From NCBI RefSeq assembly GCF_001194135.2, contig NC_068998.1, forward strand, positions 12,409,525 through 12,473,524: DNA of 64,000 bases. Reading direction: 5' to 3'. The DNA is from Octopus bimaculoides. Taxonomy: Eukaryota. The translations under genes were made by a program, and so were the position numbers. Under the pieces are notes generated by a model that saw only the letters and a program-made list of their open reading frames with translations, was not told where the DNA came from and did no database searches. Below are positions 25,016-38,529 of this stretch, piece by piece (position 1 is the first letter of the stretch; each line of letters starts with the position of its first letter).

Positions 25016-26306
25016 CCATTATTGTTGTTGTTATTGTTGTTATGTTGCATGTTTAAGTATTTATATGTATAGACAAATAAACAGTTATATAAATAAATTG
25101 CTGTCCTACCTCGGGAAAAGGTTTTCTTCTATTTGCTTAATGCTGCGTTACTTCAATATAAGCATCAGCTCTTATGACACAATGCAACTCAATTAGGAGT
25201 ATCAGAAAAATTACATTTGACCAGGTCTATAATTGCAAGGCTCCAAGGCTACTTTGCTGTGTTTTTGTCTGTTTAGAGTTCAAATTTACCCCCAAGAGGA
25301 ATAGATCTCCTGCCGCTTGCAACTTCTCACCCACCTATCTGAGATAAAGTAGTGTCAGGTATCGATTTTCTCACTGACACAGCAAAACGTCAGTCAGTGA
25401 TATGCTAGTATTTATTCCGTGAATCATAACCCTCAACAGCTTATACATACGACTACTTAACCTTCCCACACTCACACACACACACATATACACACCTATA
25501 CAGAAAGAGAGAGAGAGAGAGAGAGAGACACACACACACACACATGTACACTTTCTTTCTCTCTTCCTCTCTTATCCTGTATCGGTCTCTCACTGTCCCA
25601 CACAAACATATATACGAAAGCAAATATTATATAATACCTTAACATATTTAGAGTTAAAAAATTATTAGATTAGACCATTATTCTGAATGAAAAGCTTTTA
25701 TTTCGATTATTTTAGTCTCTCAAACTTTATTTCCTTTCTTCGAAATAATAAAAATGGTAAAATGTGCCACATTTAATTTGATGGCATTAACTTTGAACTT
25801 ACACTTTAAAAAGGCAGTATTGCTATCAATCGATTTTGGTTGAATAACTAAGAAAACCAAAAATACTTCTCAGAGAATAATTTCATTACAGTTTGTGTTT
25901 CGTAGGTATCGAAAGCTGGATCTTTGATAGCAGATAAGAGATTAGGAATTAGATCACTCGATAGTTATCCCAGAATTCCAAGACTTCTAAAATGGCCTCA
26001 CGGGGTTAATTTCTACTTTTTGCAAAATCTTCCGTGTTTTGCTTTCATTTCCATGTTTTCACCTTTTTAATGAATTTATATGCTTCTTTATCGCTCTCTC
26101 AGTTATTATTACATTTCTCCTTTTTACTAATTGCATTTATTTATCTATGTTTCCATCTATATATAAACACACACATATGCACGCTCACACACAGATATAC
26201 ATACACACACATATATATTATACACTTACACATATAATGTTTATCTATACAGTAGAAAGAGTACACGTATATATGAGTCAATACACACGCATATGTGGAC
26301 TCGTAT

Positions 26307-26398
<92 letters not shown>

Positions 26399-26494
26399 TG
26401 ATAGAAAAAGGTAAGACAACAAAAGAAAGAAAGAGACCTCGATATTATGTAAATAGAGGAATTTATCTGTAAATAATACGTGACAATTTTTCGT

Positions 26495-26568
26495 TAGCCA
26501 TGATAAAACTCCGAGTTTCGGATGCCGAGGCGGAAACCCACGCCGCCATCTCTTCAGTTTTCTGGCCA
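26495..26568 (-). ncRNA. Second, inverted copy of the same hammerhead-like motif
   Basis: Reverse complement matches 26844-26916 with a few substitutions and a 1-nt indel; CUGAAGA and GAAA cores intact. Confidence 0.55.
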
Positions 26569-26843
26569 TCGAAGAATGCTTTTAACTCTAAATATGTTAA
26601 GGTATTATATAATATTTGCTTTCGTAATGGACAGAGAGAGACCGATACAGGATAAGAGAGAAAGAGAGAAAGAAAGTGTACATGTGTGTGTGTGTGTGTC
26701 TCTCTCTTTCTTTCTGTATGGGTGTGTATGTGTATGTGTGTGTGTATGTGTGTATATGTTTGCGTGTGAGTGAAGGAAGGTAAAGTAGTCGTATGGATAA
26801 GCTACTGAGGGTAATGATTCACGGAATAAATAGCATTCTTCGA

Positions 26844-26916
26844 TGGCCAGGTAACTGAAGAGATGGTGGCGTGGGTTTCCGCCCCGGCATCCGAAACTCG
26901 GAGTTTATCATGGCTA
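26844..26916 (+). ncRNA. Type I hammerhead-like motif with long helix II
   Basis: UGGCCAGGUAA-CUGAAGA-GAUG...GGCG[loop]CGCC...CAUCC-GAAA-CUC[G]GAG-UU-UAUCAUGGCUA; helix I strands are complementary. Confidence 0.6.
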
Positions 26917-26943
26917 CCGAATAATTGTCACACATTATTTACA

Positions 26944-27020
<77 letters not shown>

Positions 27021-27949
27021 CGCCTGTAAATTGAGAAAGGAAGATAGTGAGAGGTGGAGGATACTTGCCCTAGTGATCAGAGCAAATGGTTCTGTGAGGT
27101 TTGTACGAGCGACCCTCGGAAGCTTACTCTCTTTGGGGTATTATTTCTTGTGTTTTGTTCCTTTGTTTTTGTGATTTAGCTGTTTACACATTGTATTTTA
27201 TTTTATAAAGGCCACCACGCTGGGTTCATGTTTGAAGTCTTGTCAAAATCTGTATACACACTCAGGTACGTATTTATACCCAAGTTGGACAGAACCAGTA
27301 AATTAGATATAGTGACTGTATATGCGCTGAGCACGGGATACGAGCCTTTAACAATTCAGTTGTTTGTGATGTAGCAATTTTCATTTACTTTTCATAATTT
27401 TTAGAAATATTTTCTCAACTCGAATTGGACTTTTTCATAAGCAAACAAAAGCGATGTTGGCGAAAATACCAGTATCTTTAACATGAACAACATAAAACAC
27501 AATCAAAGTTTCGAAGAGAGTGACGCATTACAAAGAATTAAATCTACACGTAAAGTCAAACGTGTATTTCAGAAATGTTTTCTTTACAAAATAATTGTAA
27601 AAGAAATATCACACCCAAGATATAATCATATTTATTTCTGTGATGCAACATTAGAGGGCGTGTTTTCTTAAAACGACGCGTTTATTTTAATTGTTGCTGC
27701 ACTTCGTTTATTAATTGTTGTCAAGAAAGAATTTTAAAAATAATAATTATTATCATTTATAATTTTAGCAGAAGACCAGAAATTATGAAGGGAGGGGCAG
27801 TCCCCAGTAATTGACTTGCATTTTATTTTATCGATCCTGTACTTAACTAACAATTTATTTTATTGACCCCCGAAACAATGAAAGGCAATGTTGGCCTCGG
27901 AAGGATTTGAAATTTTAATTCTGTTATGAGCTGTAATTAAATGACGTGA

Positions 27950-28800
27950 AGAATTCTGTGGACTCCCTACCAATATAGAAATTATAAGATCTTTAGAAAA
28001 GAGAATCTGCTATGATATTGCAATAGTGACAAAGGAGATGAATAAAGAAGTCGTTGATAATGAATATAGATTGTATTTTTTAGAAAGCTTTACGGACGTT
28101 AGAGCAAGAATATAATTGGATCAGAAATTTGGTGAAAATAAAAAAAGAGTCTTACAAGAAAATATTGCACAATATTAAGGGTAACTGAGAAGTGAAGATT
28201 ATCTTTGACATTAATGATATCCCGAAGGAAAAAAAAAAGAGATATAAATAAATAGAATCGCTGATAACAATAATTTGATATATTGTTGAAGTGAACTTGT
28301 CACAGTTGAATACTACAAGTTGAATATTTAGAAAAAGAAATGATGGGAAAACAAAATGAATGTGAGTGAGGGGGAGGTTGGAAGAGTAGGTGTACGACTT
28401 TGAGAGACATTTGTTTCAGTTTTCTTGAGTTGAAAAGGAAGTATACTAAAAGCAAGATATATTAAGAGTTACAATGGAAATATAATTTACGGCAACCAGT
28501 TTGAGATCTGACACAAAGAAATAAAACGAAGAATCAAAACGAAAACAGAAAATATATAGATATCTACAATAAGTTAAGCAATAACGAGGGAGCCGAGCCA
28601 ATTAGAATATTTTCAGATGAATGTTAGACCCGCTTGAAATAGCTACCTGAAATCACATTCGATTGTGTATGTAGAAAAAGGGTGCACTGTATAATGCTTT
28701 TAGATATATCGCATAATGTTTGCATTAAAACTAAACACTTCATCAATAATAAAAGGAAAATTCTGTCATCACCAACAACAGATGGTCGAAGAAGCACGAA
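27950..28800 (+). mobile_element. Highly degenerate RTE-like LINE fragment
   Basis: Remnants KEIKRRIKT and FSDECxxP..YL resemble the RTE post-RT region; purine-rich sense strand. Confidence 0.4.
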
Positions 28801-29009
28801 AAAATTAAACTTTAAATACATATCATGGATGACTATTTAGAACATCATTCTTACACCGAAGAATAACCCCCGCTGTTTCACAGTTAGCACCACCAGGGAA
28901 GCAAACGTGCATCCTTTCGAAATGTCATCATACTGTCCTGTGTTACGAAACCAAAGACAAAGATATTTTTAGGAAATAAAGAAAAAAAACCTTAAGAGGA
29001 ATGTATAGT

Positions 29010-29195
29010 TTAGAAGACATATCAAGGTTGTCCCCTCTCGTCCCTTCTTGTATGTTCTGACTGTTGAGCCACTACTGTGGAAACAGGTGACGTCGAAGGG
29101 CAACCCGCGCAAACTAGGATGCGGAAGGTCTGTGTTAATAAACGCGGACGAGGTCACCGTCGTAGTATTAGACATCAAACTGACAGCAGCCGTGT
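29010..29195 (+). mobile_element. Tx1/L1-clade RT fragment
   Basis: QGCPLSSLL/YVLTVEPLLWKQ..GNPRKLGCGRSVLINADEVTVVV (QGCPLSP and YADD motifs). Confidence 0.75.
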
Positions 29196-29783
29196 CACTG
29201 TTCTAAGGGCAGTGGATTGGCAGAATTATTGGAGTGTCGGACAAAATGCGTTGCGATATTTCTTCCGGATGTTTATACCTCACCGAGGTCAACATGATTT
29301 TCATCCACCTGGACTCAATCAGATAAAGTAATAATCACGTAGTAGGATCGATATATGGTAGACCTACCTCCTCTCCTCATCACTACTGGCAATTATTATT
29401 CTGGTCATTACAGTTGGTATTGATTTTACAATTACTTCTATCCTTTATTCTTACTGTTAATCTTATTATTTTCGCTATTAATGTCCTACTGCCCTTGTTA
29501 CTTTCAGCTTAAGCAACGATTATTTGTTTTTATTTTTCTTCTGCATTTTCTTAATAATTACACGTATGAAGAGATCAAGTGAAACAACAACAACAACAAA
29601 CAATCAACCGAGAAATTGCTTTTTTCCTCCCTTCTCCAACATTGTATGATGTCTACTTTAGAAATTAGTGGTGCATAATGTTGCTTTCTAATTCTTTTGG
29701 CACAAAGCCAGCAATTTGGGGGTGCGATGTTGGGGGGACAAACACAGACACACAAATATATATTAATCCAAGTGTAGTATGGT

Positions 29784-31050
29784 TACACGAGGTGGGGTTG
29801 AAAGGTTCATAGGCCGACTGTGAAGGAGTGACGCTTAGATGTGTGATATTCTGCATGCGTTTATTTCAACCTCTCTTATTTCATCAGAACAAAGCTCCAG
29901 CTCATAGGCCCTTGCTTTCAATTGCATTGTTCCTATCCAGGTAAACTATCTAACTGTTTAAAAAGGTTTCAGAGTATTTTGCTAGCAACTTCTCTTGAAA
30001 ATGGACAAAATTTGGTATCGTCGTGTCATCAAGTACTGTAGAAAAAGGACATTCATGATGACATGGTTGTACATTAGGGGACGACACTCCAGCTTTATCA
30101 ACACTGCAAAAGAGGGCAGCTGGATTTAGGGATGGAGAGAAGAGTCTTGAAGATGACTCGAAGTTTGGACATCCTGTAACTGCCACCATTGAGGAAAACA
30201 TTGATCGCGTTCACCACATGGTGATGGATGACAGGCGATTGACTATAAATCAAATAGCCAATGCTATTAGCATATCTCGTGAGAGATTTGGGAATATTTT
30301 GCAAAATGGATTGGAATGACGAAAGTTTCTGTTCAGTGGGTGCCACGTTTTGTGGCAACTGGTAAAAAGTGCACTAAACTGATCACACCACGGGAAAATC
30401 TAAGATTGTTTGGGGCAGATTCAGCTGGCTTCCTTAAACGTTTCCTAAGCCAGGATGTGTGTTGGGCTCATCAATCGAACCAGAGACGAAAAGACAATCG
30501 ATGCAGGAGAAACTCTCCTCCTTACCTGCTCCAAACAAGGCCAAATTTGTTTCATCTCTGGAGAAACGGATGTCCTCCAGTCTTTTTAAATGCGAAAGGC
30601 ATTGTGTTTCTTGTCTATCTTCAAAAGGGCCAGGCCATCAATGGAGTGTACTATGCCAACTTACTGAGATAGTTACGAAAGTCTATCAAGATAAAACGGC
30701 CAGGAAAACTGACGAAAGGTTTCTTATTTCATCAGGACAAAGCTCCAGCACCCAAACCCTTGGCTTCAATGGCTGTTGTGCATGGCTGTGGCTTTGAACT
30801 GGTTGAGCACCTTCCCAATCCTCCTGATTTGGCCCCATCTAACTACCATCTGTTCCGCAACACGAAAAAACACTTGGCTGGGGACCAGTGTTGCAGTAGT
30901 GATGACATCATGTCTTCTTGGAACAGTCCGATGTCAGTTTACCAGGAAATAAACAATGCAGTTTTTAATAAGAAGGATTGAAATTAATGTACGCAAGATC
31001 TCACAACTCTAGCATCACTCCTTCATGGTAAGCTTATGAACTTTTCAGAC
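29784..31050 (+). mobile_element. Near full-length degenerate mariner (DD34D-type) transposon
   Basis: Left TIR GAGGTGGGGTTGAAAGGTTCATAGGC; partial right TIR GCTTATGAACTTTTCAG. Transposase from ATG 30001 (MDKIWYR) with WVPRF, FLSQDVCW, EPETKRQSM, FHQDKAPAP and PPDLAPSNYHLF; multiple frameshifts. Confidence 0.92.
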
Positions 31051-31676
31051 TAATAATAATTTCTGGCACAAAACCACATAATTTGTTTGGGAACAGTCAA
31101 TAATATCGCCCACAATCCTGAACTCTTTAACTAGTACTTTACTTAATGGTTGAATCCGGAAACACGAAATGAGTCTAGACCACAAAGACAAAAACAAATC
31201 CACTGTACCTAAATGTGTTCTAATAAAGAAAGTATTTGAAAGCCGCATAATTGCTATATCATTTAGTTATGTGAATGATGTTTGATCTATAACTATTGTG
31301 TGTTGTTTGCGGGAATTGTGTCTCCTTTGCTTATCGTATACGAAAAGAAGACATATTGTATATGCAATACAATATTGTGTATTATTTGGGTGATGAAGTG
31401 TTATTTAGATGTTGGATAATGTGTTTGTAGTCGGGGATGTACTGTCTGGGGGTTCTATAAGTTGTTTATTGTTTGGGAGGATAACGTGTTGTTTACATAC
31501 TGAGTAGTCTGTGGTGGTTGTGTGTATGTGTTGTTTACAAATTGAGTTTGCGTGAAGGATGTATCTTTCGTTCGAATATTGTGTATCATGCGTCGAATGC
31601 GAGAAGATTGTGCGTTTACGTTCTTGCTCATATCTTGAGACCCTCTTATGCAACACATCCAGTTAATTTTCTTCAG

Positions 31677-31822
31677 TGTGCATCATCATCATCATCACCA
31701 TCATCATCATTAGCAGCAGCATCTGTAGTAGCAGAATCAGCATCAGCAGTAGTAGTAGTGTTAGTTGTAGTAGTAGTAGTGGTGGTGGTGGTGGTGGTAG
31801 TAGTAGCAGTAGTTCTAGTAAC

Positions 31823-31893
<71 letters not shown>

Positions 31894-31897
31894 CAAT
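31677..31897. repeat. Compound trinucleotide microsatellite (CAT/AGC/AGT/GGT)
   Basis: Visible in sequence; produces poly-V/T/S ORFs in several frames. Confidence 0.9.
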
Positions 31898-32425
31898 GAA
31901 GAATCGCTGAGAGTATTGGTTGTCAAATCGCTTGTCCAATGCAGTGTTGAGGCCGCCAGCTGCAGAGTGACACAAGCGAATGGCCAAAATTCCATTGTGG
32001 TAGACACATTACAATGGTCAAGCTGAACAAAGACGACGTCGTCAGGGTGTCCAGAGTAAATATCAGTGATTAGTGGACAGTTTTAGCTATGAGGTTACGT
32101 GTGTTTGGATGGAGGTGGGTGTGTATTAATACATGGACGTGTTCACTAATATGTGTTGGTGCATGCATACAAANNNNNNNNNNNNNNNNNNNNNNNNNNN
32201 NNNNNNNNNNNNNNNNNNNNNNNNNNNNNNNNNNNNNNNNNNNNNNNNNNNNNNNNNNNNNNNNNNNNNNNNNNNNNNNNNNNNNNNNNNNNNNNNNNNN
32301 NNNNNNNNNNNNNNNNNNNNNNNNNNNNNNNNNNNNNNNNNNNNNNNNNNNNNNNNNNNNNNNNNNNNNNNNNNNNNNNNNNNNNNNNNNNNNNNNNNNN
32401 NNNNNNNNNNNNNNNNNNNNNNNNN

Positions 32426-32494
<69 letters not shown>

Positions 32495-32539
32495 CGCAAA
32501 CGTGGCTGTGTGGTAAGAAGCTTGCTTCCCAACCATATA

Positions 32540-32760
32540 ATTCTGGATATAGAAGCTTGAGCTTTCAGAGTAGTTTTCTATAGTAATCCTCTTTCTCTTT
32601 GATTTTAAAAGAGATATTCACATCAGCAGGATAGCTGATCTCTATGACGGTATATACTTTTCCTTGTCTGTCACAAGCAACAACATCTGGCCTGTTATGC
32701 TATCACTTGACATGTTTTGACGAAAATGAGTCATGGGTCATCAGTGTTCCTCGTGTTGAT
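32540..32760 (-). mobile_element. RLE-type non-LTR retrotransposon endonuclease fragment (older copy)
   Basis: HNRPDVVACDRQGKVYTVIEISYPADVNISFKIKEKEDYYRKLL (PD..E..K motif). Confidence 0.8.
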
Positions 32761-32947
32761 GTTTGTGTATGTATACAATAACAAAGAGATATATTTATTT
32801 CAGGACAGTCTTTATTCTGAATGGCATTGTATATTGTTTTTTGCGATAACGTCGTGTCGCTTAGCGGGGTAGTAACTTGACGTTCTGGGGTAGCTGCTAA
32901 TCACGTAAGTGATATCTACCATAGAAATATGTATATATGTATGTATG

Positions 32948-33378
32948 TCATTATTCAGCTTTATATCAAGATTTCTTACCAATAGAGAAAGAGCCGGTTT
33001 CTAACCCAGATCCGAGGTTCCTTCATTGGAATTTCAACATCAACAACAGGGTATTTTTGTATGAATGTATGTATATGTGCAGATGTGTATATTTTGTTTT
33101 CTATATGTATTCTGATGCAAATACTTGCATATCTAGACATGCTCATATATACTTAAATGATAACCTTCTGGAATGTTTTACAGATTTTTACATTTCCAAT
33201 GATGGATTGAATCTGTAGTCTTTGAATCAGCTTTCTTCTTTCTGGTTTTGAGAAACCTAATTTCTCAAGATTGGTATTTAGGCAATGTGTTACATATCCC
33301 ACTGCCCCAATAATTGCAGGTATAAACCTGAACTTGTAATCTGGACAGAGTAACTGCAGATTTCTCAATAGTTTAGCG
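32948..33378 (-). mobile_element. 5'-truncated RLE-type retrotransposon 3' end, flanked by (TATG)n on both sides
   Basis: AKLLRNLQLLCPDYKFRFIPAIIGAVGYVTHCL..KLIQRLQIQSIIGNVKICKTFQKVII*; 3' UTR shared with 50707-51640. Confidence 0.85.
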
Positions 33379-34457
33379 TATGTATGTATGTATGTATGTA
33401 TGTATGTATGTATGTGTGTATGCGTTTTTGTATGTATATGTAGGTGTGTGTGTGTATATGTGAATGTATTTCTTGTGTTCATTCGGTTGTTCTCTGTACA
33501 CCGATGTGTTTTCAATTTAGTTTGTCATACATGTCACGAGCAATCGCATACACGACGCATTACTACCATAAAACCTTTCTCAACCAGCATAACACTAACG
33601 ACAACAGTAGCAACAACAACAATAACAATAGCTTTGATAGTAACAGCAATAATGTTATGACCATCAACGCAAACATTGCTAAAGATGTCATCACTAATAC
33701 TAACACCAGTCTACTAGCACCACAAACACAGTCTTAGCCTGCGCCCTTTACCTGCTAGAAATAGCAAACAAATCTCTCTAAAATCACACCCAATTGTCTT
33801 ACAAAAGGATAACATAGATAAAAAAATATGCACTAGTCCTACATATCCTTAAAAACATGGTGATGAAGACTAGAATATATTTTATTATAGCTCTGCGAGA
33901 TCAAATTGGATTTGGAGCTAAATAATGATACCAAAAACATCATAAATAATATGGATACTGTAAGCACTGGACAACCACCAACGCCGCCAACAGTATTGGG
34001 TGACCACCATCATAAACATCACCATCACCAACACCCTCAATGTATGTATCTTCACCATTATTGTTTACACTCTTGTATTACTAATGCCATCACTACGTAA
34101 TGTGTCTTTCATTGGCTCGTTGGTTTAGTGATATTGTTGGTAACACAAAGCCAACCAACCAACCAATGACGGCTAATCTGTGGGGACAGACAATTTGGGG
34201 ACAGCCGCCCCACGACTATCTTGAAAATCAGAACACATTGGATAGTAGAGTCTGAGGCACACAATTCCAGAATCTGGGGGTATTCATGAACAATAACAAC
34301 ACTGAACGAGAAGAGGGGGTGAATGGGAAAGAGGGGATGAGGAGACAGTTTAGAAGATAAAATATGATAGAAAACGTCAGATAACTGATGACAGATGAAG
34401 AGAGAAGCCATAAGGCAGATGATAAAGACAGAAGATATATGACACACGCACGCAGAG

Positions 34458-34502
<45 letters not shown>

Positions 34503-34669
34503 TACACAAACACACACACACAGAAGGATGCACACATAAATGCACATACATACACACACAGAAGCACACAGGCACACACGCTCATATATACCCATATATA
34601 CACACACGGGGACACGCACATACACACGGACACACAGAGAGAGGCACACGCGCGCGTGCGAAAACAGCA

Positions 34670-35090
34670 GAGAACAGGTGACAAAAGACAAAAGATAGAC
34701 AAGGAAATGACAGAAGTGATTAAAAAAAAACAGAAGACAAGAGACAGACGAAGGGAGATGACAAAAGACAAAGCACAAACAAAGAGAAAGGATAGAAGAC
34801 AGAAGTCAGACAAAAATACAGAATATGGTAGAAGACAAAAGGCAAATTAAAACAGATAACTGTAGACAGATTACAGACGGAAAAAGAAGACAGAAAAGGT
34901 AAGACAGAAGGCGGACGACATAAGTCAGACGACAGAAGACAGATGGCAGAAGACAGTTGGCAAAAGAGAGAAGATAGAAAACAGAAGACTGATTAAAAAG
35001 AAAAGAAGACAAATAACAGAAGAAGAGAGAAGAGAAAAGAAAAAAAAAACTGACTGAAATTAGAAGGCAAAAGTGAAAACAAGATGAAAC
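34670..35090. repeat. Low-complexity purine-rich tract of GACAGAAGA-like units
   Basis: Repeated GACAGA/GAAGAC/ACAAAA words. Confidence 0.6.
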
Positions 35091-35294
35091 AGAGAAGTTC
35101 TCTATTTATAGAATGATGATTCGTTGAGCGGAAGGATTATGGGTTTTTTTTTCCTGGGGGTTATTGTCTTTCAGACACCGTTGAAGTAACTCGTTTTCAT
35201 CCATCAACAAATTCTCTACGAAGATAATATTAAACTATGCAGAAAGACCAATGACATGATAATTTTTACGAGTGTAGATGTCTTTAACAGTATT

Positions 35295-35312
35295 TGCATG
35301 ATGATGATGATG

Positions 35313-35360
<48 letters not shown>

Positions 35361-35560
35361 GTGAGGAGGAGGAGGAGGAGGAAGAGGAGGAGGAGGAGTA
35401 ATAGGAGGGTGGAGACAACTAAAATGACAGCGACGGTGACGACAACGACGCCGACGACAGAGACGACGAGAGCAACAACCACGATGATGCTGATGACGAT
35501 TACGACGACGATGACCATGATGCGACTGTGACGGTGGTGGCGACGACGAGGAGGTGGAGT
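35295..35560. repeat. Compound trinucleotide microsatellite (GAT/GAG/GAC)
   Basis: Visible in sequence. Confidence 0.9.
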
Positions 35561-35882
35561 AATAAGTGGAAAAGAAAGACAATGGAAAGGAAGCTGTTAG
35601 TGCACAATACACTCTCATTTCGTATCCCATCCGGTCGACAGCGCAGTCGATAGACGAAAACTAGATGTAAAAAGTTGTAATCTGAGGGAGATTTTGCTGC
35701 TCTTTTGTGTAAGGTGTGCGAGTCAGTAGCAGCTGTAGCCAGTAATATACTTTGAACATGTTCATCGACAATAGCTTCTGCATAAACCCCAAAAGGCTGT
35801 GTACGTGGAGGAATGTTATATATATATATACACACACATATATATATATACATACACACACGTGCGCGCGCACACGCACGTG

Positions 35883-35931
<49 letters not shown>

Positions 35932-35964
35932 TTTCTATTTTCTTTCCCTGTTTATTTTTGTGTT

Positions 35965-36003
35965 CCTTTTCTGTCGAAGAGCGTAGGCTCGAAACGTAAA
36001 AGA
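35965..36003 (+). ncRNA. Hammerhead-like variant motif inside a dispersed Penelope-type terminal repeat (about 35950-36090)
   Basis: CUGUCGA-A-GAGC[GUAG]GCUC-GAAACGU-A-AAAG: perfect 4-bp helix II, palindromic ACGU helix III, A6U core change. Confidence 0.4.
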
Positions 36004-36091
36004 CTTTCTCATTTCCCGAGCGTTAAACTAATACATCTGTTTGTTGTTTACACATCCGTCTTCGTCTGTCGTTTTTTTGTAAATTCTCACT

Positions 36092-36134
<43 letters not shown>

Positions 36135-36938
36135 CTCTCTCTCTCTCACACACACATGCACACTCACACGCACACACACACATACACACACATGTATAGT
36201 GAGAGAAACAGAGAGAGGGGTATGCATACGTGTATTTCTTATTCTGCGTATCAGCTTGCATATCGTTTTTGGCGAGCTTTAAAATATTCTTCGCTGTTGT
36301 AGACTCTTTTGTCCACCTCTTTTTCTCAATCACTACCTTCTTACAATTTCAGCTCATTATTGGAATTCACCGTTCCTCTGTTTCTCTTTCGATTCGTAAT
36401 CCACTTCTACTTTCTGAATCTACTCCCTCCCTCTCTCGCTCTTTTTCTCTTTCTCTCTCTCCCTTCTATTTCTCTCTCTCTTATTTAATCTCTGTTCCAT
36501 ATTAATCTCTCGACTTATTAATTAAAAAAACAGACAAAATAACGAACATCAATGATTCTTTCACAAAACAATGGCGTAAGCAAAACTGAAATACATTTCG
36601 GTCATTGATCAAATCAAAAGATACGATTCGCCGTCTTTGCATGTCATAACATGACAAGCTGAACAAATCCTTGCTAATCGCGTTAATCTTAATTCTTTTG
36701 GTTCCTCTTTTGTAGGAGTTATTTATTTGTTGAGATTCGAAGGATTTTTTTTCGGTGGAAGATATATGTATTACTTTATATAATGGCTATTCGTTCAGAG
36801 TTTGTAGATAGAGTGAATTGGGGACTTACCCTTTTCATTCTCAATTCTACACAAAGCCTGTTTTGCTTGATATAATACTAACAACTCATGCTATTGCAAT
36901 CGTAGTTTCGCAGCGATTAAGTATACCCTATACAGCAT

Positions 36939-36975
<37 letters not shown>

Positions 36976-37685
36976 NNNNNNNNNNNNNNNNNNNNNNNNN
37001 NNNNNNNNNNNNNNNNNNNNNNNNNNNNNNNNNNNNNNNNNNNNNNNNNNNNNNNNNNNNNNNNNNNNNNNNNNNNNNNNNNNNNNNNNNNNNNNNNNNN
37101 NNNNNNNNNNNNNNNNNNNNNNNNNNNNNNNNNNNNNNNNNNNNNNNNNNNNNNNNNNNNNNNNNNNNNNNNNNNNNNNNNNNNNNNNNNNNNNNNNNNN
37201 NNNNNNNNNNNNNNNNNNNNNNNNNNNNNNNNNNNNNNNNNNNNNNNNNNNNNNNNNNNNNNNNNNNNNNNNNNNNNNNNNNNNNNNNNNNNNNNNNNNN
37301 NNNNNNNNNNNNNNNNNNNNNNNNNNNNNNNNNNNNNNNNNNNNNNNNNNNNNNNNNNNNNNNNNNNNNNNNNNNNNNNNNNNNNNNNNNNNNNNNNNNN
37401 NNNNNNNNNNNNNNNNNNNNNNNNNNNNNNNNNNNNNNNNNNNNNNNNNNNNNNNNNNNNNNNNNNNNNNNNNNNNNNNNNNNNNNNNNNNNNNNNNNNN
37501 NNNNNNNNNNNNNNNNNNNNNNNNNNNNNNNNNNNNNNNNNNNNNNNNNNNNNNNNNNNNNNNNNNNNNNNNNNNNNNNNNNNNNNNNNNNNNNNNNNNN
37601 NNNNNNNNNNNNNNNNNNNNNNNNNNNNNNNNNNNNNNNNNNNNNNNNNNNNNNNNNNNNNNNNNNNNNNNNNNNNNNNNNNNNN
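36976..37685. other. Assembly gap (largest of many N-runs)
   Basis: Other gaps near 1108-1232, 2498-3022, 3638-3760, 6510-6834, 8756-9091, 10064-10626, 12052-12545, 14998-15346, 23079-23613, 32174-32425, 46323-46884 and 61641-62098, mostly bordered by di/trinucleotide repeats. Exons could be hidden in them. Confidence 0.95.
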
Positions 37686-37786
37686 CTCCATATTTTTGTA
37701 GAGTACAAATTTATCATTCTTTTACAGAGATAGTATTAACTGTGAGTTCGAAGTTTCTGCCAGTGGAGCCATCATCGGACTGTCTT

Positions 37787-37827
<41 letters not shown>

Positions 37828-37929
37828 ATGGCCTGAGTATCACATTGAACTGCAACCGACGGTGAGGTTGCAGTTCTGGAGTTCTGGAGTTGTGGGGAGC
37901 GTAGAGTCATTCCTTAATTACCATTACCC

Positions 37930-38529
37930 ACAAGTCTGTTCTGTCTGAGAAGGTTAGTACATGTCAGTGTCCCAGTGTACCAAGCACCCGTAACCTCATA
38001 CCCATACTTACGGCATAGTAACCAGTGGAGGTTTTGGGCTGCCTTGTTATGTCTACGCTTGTACTCTGTCTACGCATGACTTTCACAAGCCAACAATCTG
38101 AGTCACACTTTCAACCCTCTTCCCACACATTCTATAGAGGTGCGTTGCACTTGTGTGGTGTATATTCTTTTTCACTGAGTTAGTATTCAATGCCTGAACC
38201 TGGGCAGCGATGATTAGGCTTTCAGTATTCTTTTTTATGTCACTCTTGTCGAGCCACATCTATGATGCTCCCTGGTCTTTTAATTTGTTGGTTTCACGGT
38301 GGAACTGACCATGTAATTCCATACGTAGTAGGGTTTCTTCCCTCTCATTGGCTATTCTGGATCGAAATTAATGAGCACACTCAAGTCCATTTTTGTTAAA
38401 TCCTTCTGCACTAGCAGCATACTGTAACAGTTCTCGTTTGCTGTCTACCAAATATTCTGCCATATTTCTTCTTTCAATGTTGATGGACTCCCGTGCGCTA
38501 ATCAGCCCACGTTCCACCTTTACCTCTCT

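Noticed and set aside
25907-26070. Exon after tttgtgtttcgtAG (VSKAGSLIADKR..)
   Set aside because: Open frame runs into a stop without a good donor; no homology recognised.
31060-31660. LINE RT on minus strand
   Set aside because: Composition is suggestive but no diagnostic motif could be read with confidence.
35560-35820. Coding exon in unique-looking segment (PPRTQPFGVYAEAIVDEH..)
   Set aside because: ORF is bounded by microsatellites, with no splice sites or homology recognised.
37847-37876. 11-bp stem hairpin as terminator or miRNA
   Set aside because: Too short for a pre-miRNA, lies in a dispersed repeat, and intrinsic terminators do not apply here.
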